A stretch of DNA of 64,000 nt from Takakia lepidozioides (lineage: Eukaryota; Plantae; Bryophyta), in the NCBI GenBank assembly GCA_030704615.1, contig CM060733.1:47988001-48052000 (forward strand). The letters run 5' to 3'. Both the position numbers and the translations under genes were made by a program. Shown here piece after piece: positions 1 through 9,910 of this stretch (position 1 is the stretch's first letter; every line of letters starts with the position of its first letter). The notes under the pieces are model-generated. The model ran no database searches and had not been told where the DNA came from. It saw only the letters and a list, made by a program, of their open reading frames with translations.

Positions 1-59
1 CCAGATCCGAGTATATGAGGCTCTGACTTCTCCACTTCCATTGATTTTCGAAGAATACT

Positions 60-760
60 GATTGCTAATTACAGGTGGGGAGAAAACTGAGTTGATTCTA
101 ATGAGTGCAGCTGTGATCAGCGCTTGTTCTGTTGGGAATGCCAGGGGTCTGCTCTACCTCATGTGAATGACTTCCAACAGCAAGAGGACAAGCAACACAG
201 AAGCAAACCTGCTAATCAGATGGAGAAGAGCTGGACCGCTAGAGTCTAACTCAATAGCAGCCGGCTGAAATTGTTGTTACCTGATGTCAAGATATGGAGA
301 CTGCTAGTGGCTCCTCACTGAGACTGTTCCTGGAAACTCCAAGTAGAGAAAGGAAAAGGTTTCTGAAGAGTGTTCGTAGAATTCCAGCTCTTGTGTGGCA
401 ACCATGGTCATCATTCCAGCTCTTGCAATTGCCCCCTGTGTGGGCAACCTGAAGACAATATTCATTTTCTGATTCATTGTCCTGGGTCCTCTCACCAGAG
501 AGACACCCTCTTCAAATCCATCAAAGAAATTGTCCTGAACCTCTGTTTGTCTGAGCAAAATCAAACCCCTGTCCTTCTGCAATGTGCATCCGTGAATGTG
601 AGCCCTTGCAGAACCCTGTCCGGTATGATGCCATATCTTACAATCCATTCAACAAGCCAGCACCAGATTTTTTTTATTTGGAAAAGCTATAAGAGTATGG
701 GTGAGTATGCTCCTTCTGGCAGTTCTCAATCATGAATGACCCAAATCATCTACGAAGCTA
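60..760 (+). mobile_element. Degenerate LINE ORF2 3' remnant (part of the duplicated unit)
   Basis: ORF 370-735 contains CPLCGQPEDNIHFLIHCP..RDTL, a CxxC..E..H..C motif typical of LINE ORF2 C-termini. A near-identical copy lies at ~30140-31320. Confidence 0.5.
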
Positions 761-1430
761 GCAAGGGCATGAAAGCCTCCCAGAACCTCTAAAATCTGTC
801 CCCCTACAACAAGGCCATCTTCGGGGTATTTGGAACCACCAAAAACTAGCACACGTTCAGCTTGAGGCTCTCAAACCCTAATTCTCACAGACCAGAACAT
901 CTCCCAACCAAAGTATCGTAAGATACTAAGCGATGAGAATGCACTCACAAAAACTTGTAGCGGTCACCAATGGCTCGTCACAGTAACTTTCAGAGTGGTG
1001 GTTCTTCTGTTGAGGTCGCCAGCCAGTCCGACGAAGATTGACGCTGGAAGCTTGCACATCGTCGGGTTTGTCTCTCCCCCTTATCTGGCCATCATATATG
1101 GCTCCTTGAAAGTCATAGCTCTCAAATTTGTTATGGTGGATGAGCTGTAAGTCATTTGGTTGGGTAGTGTGAAGCATATCCTCTATTTGTGGTGGACCGC
1201 ACCAAAACTGGTGAAAATCTGGAGCAGGTATTGCTTCTCTCACTGGTCGAGCCATTGTTTATAACAAATGACAATCTACTAGTCTTGGGAGCTGATGTTT
1301 TCCTTGTGTTTGCAGTTTGAATCCTGTGACGTAGCTCAGGCTACTCCATCGTGTTAAGAGTTTCTTCTTGCGATAACCTCCTTGGGTAGTTTTTTGGGTG
1401 TACATCACTAAAGAGGAGGTTAGGGCGGAG

Positions 1431-2870
1431 ATGGAGATAGCAGACATCGATGCCACTGTTGGCTCTGAAGCAAATGCAAGTGGCGAAGGGAGCCAAAACT
1501 ATCTTCAGGTTGCTTGTGCTTTGCGGGATATGCTTGATGATCTGATTGCAGGTACCCGAGAAGCTCCAGGGTTAAGAAATATCCTTCAATTTGCAGCACA
1601 ACATGTAGTCATTTCAGAAAGTGATTATCCTTCCGGCAAAACCCTTGTGGGCACTGAAACAAGGGGGTTGAAAAGTGTTGCAGTGGAGGGACAAACCACA
1701 TGTGGAGATTCCTGTTCACAACATGCAGCGCCGATGAACCCCACCACTGTCTGGAGCGGTTTGCAAGCTGAGCTGTTGCAGCTTGTCTTTGCACGTCTGC
1801 CATTGCCTCAAATCAATCGCCTTCGATGTCTTTCGCGAGAATGGCGTAGGAACATAAATGCAAGAAACTCGGACTTCAAGTTGGTATGTGCAGATGCTTA
1901 TCCAAAGTTGTTTGCACTCGTCTCAGAAGATGACGACGTGAGTGGGCTCTTCTGGGTTAGAGTCTTCGATATCCAACGTAACACATGGCATGCCTTTCAA
2001 ATCTGTTGTGGTGTCATTGATGAACGTTGTGATACAATGAGTGCGTGTGATGGAGGGTTGGTGTGTTTCGTTTGCACATCAGGGGAGAAGTGTCCCCTGC
2101 TCATTCTTGTGTGCAATCCTTTAACACAAGAGTGGGCAGCACTTCCTCTACACCGTCTGAGCATGGTCCAGCTCAAGATGGTGCAACTCATCATGAGTGA
2201 TGATAAGAAAACCTACAAAGTGTTAGTTGTAGGTCACCTCAAAAGCCGTCTGATAGCTGACTTCTTCGACTCTGGGACTGGAGAGTGGACCAGGGCAGAC
2301 TGGTCTTCGGATCTCGTTTTTGGCTATCAATACCATTGGGAGATGGTAGACGACATTCTTGACGAGACTTGCGTTGGTCCTTGTGCATATGACTGTCAAG
2401 AAGGACAACTGCTTGAGCTTAGCGACAACCCGTTACAAAGAGCATCTAAGCAAAGTTGTGCACTTGTAAAGGATCATTTGTTTGTCCTGCACGAGGAGGG
2501 ACGTGAGGACACGGAGAACCCTGGGTATTTGATACCAGAGTATTGTATCACAGAGTTCCAACGCCAAAAGGGTGCACCAAATTGGATAAAATTGAGGGAT
2601 CACATCTGTAGCGGTTTTGGGCACCCTCCATCAAGGACACGCTTCTTCATGAGGCTGAACGCATGCAAAGGTTTCCTGCTGGTGGTTGCATCCAATGATG
2701 AAGGTTATACTTCACTTGCAAGGCTTTATGACTTGTCTACTGGTAAATGGCTCACCCTTCCAAACTTGCCGGGAAATAGACAAATTGGTTACGGAGATCT
2801 GATGTGTGAACTTCAATGGGATGCCAGTCCATTCGTGACGGGAAGAATCCATTCAAGTGGGGGTGCTTAA
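1431..2870 (+). CDS. F-box protein with C-terminal kelch/FBA-like beta-propeller region, copy 1 (intact, apparently intronless)
   Basis: Open ORF with ATG at 1431 (alternative ATG at 1734). F-box motif VWSGLQAELLQLVFARLPLPQINRLRCLSREW, then SACDGGLVCF, LVCNPLTQEWAALP, YKVLVVG and YDLSTGKWLTLP, typical of plant F-box/kelch proteins. Confidence 0.85.
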   Translation: MEIADIDATVGSEANASGEGSQNYLQVACALRDMLDDLIAGTREAPGLRNILQFAAQHVVISESDYPSGKTLVGTETRGLKSVAVEGQTTCGDSCSQHAAPMNPTTVWSGLQAELLQLVFARLPLPQINRLRCLSREWRRNINARNSDFKLVCADAYPKLFALVSEDDDVSGLFWVRVFDIQRNTWHAFQICCGVIDERCDTMSACDGGLVCFVCTSGEKCPLLILVCNPLTQEWAALPLHRLSMVQLKMVQLIMSDDKKTYKVLVVGHLKSRLIADFFDSGTGEWTRADWSSDLVFGYQYHWEMVDDILDETCVGPCAYDCQEGQLLELSDNPLQRASKQSCALVKDHLFVLHEEGREDTENPGYLIPEYCITEFQRQKGAPNWIKLRDHICSGFGHPPSRTRFFMRLNACKGFLLVVASNDEGYTSLARLYDLSTGKWLTLPNLPGNRQIGYGDLMCELQWDASPFVTGRIHSSGGA

Positions 2871-2879
2871 GGACTGCAG

Positions 2880-3720
2880 GTCAGCATGCTCCAAAACAGC
2901 CGATGTGGCTGTTTGGGGTGAGTTTGGCATCCCTCTTTAAGCTCCCGACGAGATCAATTCAAGTCAGATGGTCAGCTGCAACATATGTCCAACATCAGAT
3001 ATCCTAAGTTAATCGACTCTATATCTTGGAAACAGGATCGCCCTGTCAAACAGGCTAAGTCCTGGCGGAAGAGAGTAGAAGAGATTCTCAAGGATCTGAA
3101 TCTCAATCCGCAAGTCTTGACCCTGCTGTATATATCTGACTTAGAGGCTGTAGTGTCCAAAGCCATGTCTGTTGCCAGGAAATTTTCTGATGAAAATGAA
3201 GTTAGGCAGAAAACTTCCCTGAACTTGTTTCCAGTCTGTGACATGGGGGAGGACATCATGGATGACCTCAAGGGTCTACCCACTCTCGGCACTAGACGGA
3301 AATTTAAACTCAGGCGGGAAGCCTACCTTTGAACAGCAAACAGAGTGCAATTGCAGAGAGGAAAGGGAGAGTGCAATTGCCTGTTGTGTGGGCAACCTGA
3401 AGACTATTCAATTTCTGATTCATTGTCCGGAGTTCTCTCATCAGAGAGACACTCTCCTCAAAACTATCTAGGGGATTGTGCCTGTACGTCTCTTTACCAA
3501 CTTTTGAAAGTCTCAAGGCTGAGCCAAAAGCCCAGGCCCTTTTGGGGCGTAGTTATCAAACCACACACAGCAGGTTGATGCTTGTGTGAAGGGATTTCTA
3601 GAGGATATCTGGAACACCCGGATCAATTGTTTATTCCAAGGTAAAGCTTACTACCGGCGTCAGCCCCTGACAAGGTAGGTTCTGTCCCTTTGTGTTCCGC
3701 TCAAACTGGGCGCGGGGTCA
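2880..3720 (+). mobile_element. Degenerate LINE ORF2 3' fragment
   Basis: Broken ORFs 2985-3578 with CLLCGQPED..FLIHCPEFSHQRDTL, similar to the remnants at 370-735 and ~30500-30900. Confidence 0.5.
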
Positions 3721-4359
3721 ATGGCCACAAGGCTACGGCAAACAACGTCTTTTGTGTACATTCTCTCTCTTGCCCGAAGGCTACATCAAACAATAGCTTA
3801 TGAGTACATTCTCTCTGCAACCCGGCCGTCGAGTTTGCATACGGACGAGTGCCTCTGCGCGTGCCTTAATGTCAGTAGTGGGAAAACAAGTACCCCAAAA
3901 AGGTTCCGGGAGGGTTAAGTTGCCACGGAGTCAATGGCTGTAAGTCTATGGCTAGCCAACATTCGCAGGGAATGGCCTGTGTACATTCTCTCTTGCCCCC
4001 TGTGGACGTTTTGATATCTGTTTTTTCTTGTTATCCGTTACTGTCCTCTAAGCTGTTGGGTAAGGACTTTCAATACACATATCATGTACTCGCTACAATA
4101 GCCTGACATAAGTAACTAATGGCAATCGACAATTTGGTATAGGGGCCAGGTGCAAGGTGCTTTCAGTCTTTATCGTTTCCTCCTCATCAGAGAAATGTCA
4201 GGTACTGTGTCATTTTCTGAATATGGACGTGTTCTTTCTGCTGCTTGCTTAACTGCAGGGGCAAGTGGGAAATGGGGATGCATAACCGATTTGTAGGCTA
4301 GGTCTTGACAGTTTGCCAAAGGAGCAGCAAGGAAAGAGTGTTGTGGTTCTAGCATTTTT

Positions 4360-5980
4360 CCAAATATGATCTTGTTCAAATGTTTTCTGGTTTGGGCTCT
4401 TAAGAAGCTAGGCCAGTCCCCCAGACCCGAATCAGACAACCTGAGGAGTCCGATGTTTGTGATGAGTCTTTACAAATCCAGTACCTGTCTGTTGAAATTT
4501 GCTTGCCTGGAAATGGCTCACGTCAAGGGTTCTTAAAAGCCTATGACTTGACAACCTGCACCACTATGTATGTGGATTGTCAATCAGTGGCTCCTTGTGG
4601 CCATGAGTGCGAGTGCCTTTTGTACAGTGTAAAGCACCTGCCCCAAGGGTTGGAATCTGACGGTGGGTGGGAAAATCCTGGAAATGCCTTGTAAAGCAGG
4701 TGCTTTACACTGCTGTGGAACCCAGCTGATATTCTCTTATCATTTGCTGACGTTTCTTTGAAACACTCTTCTGTTCAATCTCTTGCCCAGCCAATAACTG
4801 ATAACCAACTCTTCCTTTGCAAGTCTTGTGCTGTGGAGATCGTTGTCGGAGTTGATGCCCTCAAACTAGCAAAGGAAAATTATCAGCTGCTTGTAAGTCT
4901 GTAAAGCATGTCACCCACATTGTGGGCAAATGTAGCACCTGTAGCGCTGGCTGGTTGATTTAGCCGTTAAGACTCCTGCCACATTGCATGTGCGGTAATA
5001 GGGCTTGTTAACAAACAAGTAGGTACTTCAAAAGCTTGAGGAAATCTGCACTTATGATCATTGAAAGCGTAGAATGACTTGTTATAATTTGGGTGGCCAC
5101 ACAGGGTTGTTAGCAAACTTGTCATGACTTGGTAGCTGGAGGCGACTCTATATACATCTGTTTGTCCATGTCTCATCCTTTCCCTCCTCAGTGCTTCATG
5201 CTTGATTTTACGTGCATATTCATCTGCAAGGAATATCTATGGATGTAAATATTGGACTTTATTCTTTCTAAATACTTATATCATGCCCGTAAAACAACTT
5301 TGTTGATAACTGGATCCTGAGGCGAGCGATGTGAACTGGAGCTCCGCGTGTTGCCGTGTGAGAGTAGAAATGAAATGAAATTAAATGGTGCTTTATAACG
5401 TCCGCGGAATCATACAGCTTATGGGACAAAATGGAAGAAAACATGAGAGGTAACAAAATGAAAGCCAAGAATAAGAACTATTGTTCAAGTGATTGTCTAA
5501 AGGTGAAGGCCTCGTGCAGGTAAGCTGCCAAGCATTTCTGATCCTCATAGTGGAAGACTTCAGCGAGAGATTGGGTTCCACGGTATAAACTGTGGATTCT
5601 CCCATGGATCTCGTAGTATAGAGGGGGATAGAAGATGCAGTGTTCTTCAGTTTCAATTTCCCGGCTGCGGCCTATGCAAGCTTGGACATAGGCGGTCATC
5701 CCGTTGCAGAGCCAACGCGAGAGAGAAGAGCCAACGGTCATCTGTGCTTATCTCTCTCATTGTGATCTATGCTTAGAAGCTTCAACATTCAATCTCAGGC
5801 CATAGATCGGAAGTTGCCATTTTCCTGGGTATATTATCGAGAATGCCGAGTTTTTGCAATTAACACCACCTCCGTCCATCTACCATCTTAGGTCTGAGAT
5901 CGATGTAGCTCATGTTTGGGCGTTCAATGTGCCCCCAGCGTTCAACTCCCGTCACCACCTAGCAGGCTTCAGGTCAATCA
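4360..5980 (-). mobile_element. Highly decayed LINE-like remnants, including the target site of the Gypsy insertion
   Basis: Minus-strand fragment ETEEHCIFYPPLYYEIHGRIHSL (ORF 5478-5741) resembles the E..H.IF.CP.Y.EIR C-terminal motif of LINE ORF2. Many stops. Confidence 0.4.
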
Positions 5981-5984
5981 AAGA

Positions 5985-6070
5985 TGTCGTGCGCATATGT
6001 ATCGTTACACAACTACATCGCTGACCAAACCACACCACACATATATGCACAATAAAGTAGTCTGTCACAA
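5985..6070 (-). repeat. Split direct repeat B2 (86 bp, 3' terminus of the element)
   Basis: Matches 6430-6515 with 4 mismatches. Confidence 0.95.
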
Positions 6071-6427
6071 TGATAAACAAGCTAAAAGGACACACACTCT
6101 CAACACAAGAAATATGAAATCCATCGTTATCACTCTTTAAAAATAGAAGTCGAGCCAGGGGCATCCCAAGCTATGGGGACTCCACCCCACAACAACCTAC
6201 ACTCCTATCATAAGCACACTCAGATCTAAACGCATGAAAGAGCTCGGTCCCGCAGGCTCAACTCGAAAGAGATGAGCCGCGCGACTGCCGCTCTCGTGAA
6301 GATAAGACGGGTCAGGTGTCAAACTAAACTTGACACTTGATTTAACATCTGACCTAAATCCAAGTGTTAAATACAAATAACTAGTTTTATTCTAGCTAGT
6401 TTCACACTGTGCTTATTTAACTTGACA
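6071..6427 (-). repeat. Split direct repeat A2 (357 bp, LTR-like)
   Basis: Matches 17941-18297 with 9 mismatches (8 transitions, ~97.5% identity). Confidence 0.97.
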
Positions 6428-6429
6428 GC

Positions 6430-6515
6430 TGTCGTGCGCATACGTATCGCTACACAACTACATCGCTGTCCAAACCACACCACACATATATGCACAATAA
6501 AGTAGTCTGCCACAA
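6430..6515 (-). repeat. Split direct repeat B1 (86 bp)
   Basis: Copy of 5985-6070, joined to A2 through GACA-GC-TGTC. On the minus strand it is preceded by a short AGGGGG purine run (~6519-6524). Confidence 0.95.
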
Positions 6516-6774
6516 TCGCCCCCCTAGCTGGTGGATAGGTCCCTCTAACTCCAGATAGCTACAAGATGTAATAGCCACAGCCGTACTAAGTCCTCTATCA
6601 CTGTCTCTATTGCACTCAAACCCTATAGACCAAGAGGCCGGGTACAAGAGTAGCCCCATCGTTAGTCGCCGTCTTGCAATCTGTGAACTTGAGCTAGGAC
6701 CTCGTGTGTTCAAGGTCTCCTAGTAGCTGGGCCTTGCGTTTCTTGTTAGCCTTCCATGGTTGTATCCACTCCCA

Positions 6775-9700
6775 CTATCCAATGCAATGTGGACATAACC
6801 AATCCCCATCCGGAACCATCTCAAGAGGTGGAGTCAAGCATCCCATATGCCAACCTCTAGAGCATCGATCACACACCAGCATGGTGGCTGTCACTTTAGC
6901 AGACCCACACAACATGCACCTCAAACCTGCAGATACCACTGCCAGGTTTGGGTCAATCCTGCCATCAACATTCGGAAGGTGACATGACGCACAATTACTC
7001 ACATGGTCCTTCCAAGTTATGTCATCCCGACCCTCCAAGACCAAGACGCCTGAGGGCAAGACCTCTCGAACCCTCAAAATAACACGTCCTGCAGTCACAT
7101 CCAGGGTCTGTAGGAGCAGTCTGCTGCAGATAGACATAGTCACCAGGGTTGAATCTCCGAACCCCAGGACGATAGCCCCCACCACGTATGGTAGCATACC
7201 TCAACGTATCACGGTGTTGTGCAATGACAAGGTTCTCGAAAGCCATGGGCATAACTCTCTTGAACAACTCTGCACGCTGCTCACATGCACGTGCCCACAC
7301 GTCCGGATCGTCAAGGTTAAGAACTGTAGCAGCTTCTCTGCGAATTGATGTAGGCAAATCCGGCTCTCGGTTAAAGAGAAGAAAGTATGGTGAGAAGGAG
7401 GCAAGTGATGCTTGCTTGCTGAACGTGTAGCCCATGGCTAACCAGGGTAACTGAAGGTCCCAATCTCCTAGGTGTCCCTTCTGCAAGCCATACTTGCGTA
7501 AACCCCTCTTTACTGTCTGAACAACTCTCTCTGCCAAGCCATCGGCCTTAGGATGATCCCGAGAAGTGGTGCGGTGGTCTATCAAGGCCTTGTCACACAA
7601 CGCCTGAAACTCCCCCAAGAACTCTCTCCCTTGGTCCGTGATTACCTCAGCTGGAGCACCGAATCGGCTAAGCACACAATCCAAGAATGCATACGCAGCT
7701 CCCTCACTAGCCTTATCAGGCAATGGAACCAATTCAATCCACTTGGAGAAGTGCTCCACCATCACCAACACGTACTTGTTGTGGCGCATGGTCAGTGGCA
7801 ACGGCCCTGCGAAGTCAAGACTCCACCTGTAGCCCAATCCCATGATCGGAAGAGGGTGCAATTGTGGAGTAGGGGCGTTGAATGAAGCACGCACCCTGTC
7901 ACACACCATGCACCTAGCCACAAATTGTTGCACCTCTGTGTGCATACCACGCCACCAATACTGCCCCTGCAGTAGACTATGAGTGCGTCGCACCCCAAAA
8001 TGCCCCAACTCCTCATGGGCATGCCGCACTAACCGTGCCCGCTGGGTTGGGTGAGGCACAATCCTCACTCGACCATCCTCCCACACTCAGAGCAGGTGTG
8101 TCCCCTCCCACTTGAACCTCTTGGCTCGTTGTAGGATCCGATCCCTCTCCTTGGCAGTCACAGTGGCTGCAGTGTCTCCAGTGCGGAGGTAGTTCAACAC
8201 AACTGAATCCTCATGTATATCTTTGGCGCCACCTTACTCATTGCTGGCCTCAGGGTCCTCAGACACTTGATCTACAGTCATCCCTGTTGCAGGTCCAACC
8301 TGGCCTTCCGCTACCAAGATACACAGAAATGCAGATGCATGCCATCCGGGCACCATCTCCTCGTCCGTCTCACCATGCCACCGAGCTCCAGTGTCATCCT
8401 GCTGGCTTGTGCATGGATTGCGACTCAACCCATCTGCATTGCGATTGACCAAACCCGGTCGATGCACCACCTGAAAGTCATACTCTTGAAGGATGAGTAC
8501 CCACCGTGCAAGCTTCTCCGTAAGCTTGTCTGACTCCATCAACCACTTGAGTGGTTGGTGATCCGTGACAAGGGTGAAGAGATTGCCGTATAGATAGCAC
8601 CTGAAGTGTGCCACGGCCCACACTGCAGCTAAGCATTCTCCCTCATATGAGCTATACTTAGACTCTGCAGCATTGTTCGAGCGGCTAGCATAAGCCACTA
8701 CGAACTCTCTTCCCTCATCATCCACCTGTGTGAGCACCGCTCCAAGCCCCAGCATGCTCCAATCTGTATGCAACTGAAAATGACGCCCCCTGATAGGTCG
8801 TCTCAAGATGGGCGCCGAGGTCAACCTCGCCTTGAGCTCTTGAAAAGCTTGTTCTTGCTCATCTTCCCACTGCCACTCCTAGTCCACCTTGGTCAGCTTG
8901 GTTAGAGCCTTTGCAATGGCACTAAATCCCTTAACAAACCGTCTGTAATAGTTTGCTAACCCCATGAAAGCTCGAACTCGGCTCACATCCGTGGGGCGTG
9001 GAACCTGTGCAATGGACTCTACCTTAGTCTGTTGTACCCCCAATCCTCCAGGATATATCATGTGACCCAGATACTCAATCTGGTTGTGGAAAAACTTGCA
9101 CTTTCCCGGATGTAACTTCAATCCGTGCGTCCTCAAGCGCTCAAACACCCCCTAAAGGTGTCTCTCATGCTCCTCCACCGTAGCACTAAAGATGATGATG
9201 TCATCTATGTAGCACCGAGCAAACTCCACCCCTGCTAGAATCCTGTCCATGACTCTTTGAAACTCAGCGGGAGCGTTTTTAAGCCCAAATGGTAAGAACC
9301 GCCACTGGTATAAGCAATCCTTCCCGTGCTCATTGATCCCCCAGAATGCCGTCTTTTGCTTATCCGCCTCCTTGATCGGCAACTGGTGATATCCGGATCA
9401 TAAATCCAACGTGCTAAAGACCTTGGAATGCCCAATGGCATCAAAGATCTCCTCTGGTGTCGGCATGGCATACCTATCGGACTTGGTCTGACGATTTACA
9501 GGCCGGTAATCACCGCACATACATCTCTCCGTCCAATTGCCATAGACATCCTTCTTGGCTGGCATCACTGTGGCTGAAGCATACTCTCCACCAGAGAGCT
9601 CCACCAAACCTGCCTCCCAGAGATCTTGAGTCCTCATCTGAATCAAAGACCTCTCTATGTCACTGTATCTATAGGGTCTCCGAAAGATTGGCGTGTCAGT

Positions 9701-9910
9701 GGCCAACTCAATACGGATCTCTTGACCCTTCAGTGCTCCCAAGTCCTTCAAACTGAAGGCAAAGCAATTCCTGTAAGCCCTCAGGAACCGCCGTATACGT
9801 CGTCTCTCTCCTCCGGTGACAATGGGTCCAATGTCAGGCTCCCAATTGTCCTCCGTAACTGCAACCTTAAGTCCAGTGGGCTTAGAGGTAGAGGACGCGT
9901 CCCGTGGTTG
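6775..9910 (-). pseudogene. Gypsy pol: reverse transcriptase, RNase H, integrase and C-terminal PHD finger (in-frame stops and one frameshift near 7110)
   Basis: RT: RMC-like CMCGDYRPVN, LDL*SGYHQ, PFGLKNAPAEFQRVMD, YIDDIIIFS. RNase H: TDWS..GLGAVL, YEGECLA, TDHQPL. Integrase: H-H-C-C zinc finger plus SLDFAGP/TDQGREF/AERVVQT (DDE). PHD: CMLC..CDRC....H..C..WLCPHC. ORFs from 9751 down to 8086 share one frame. Confidence 0.95.
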
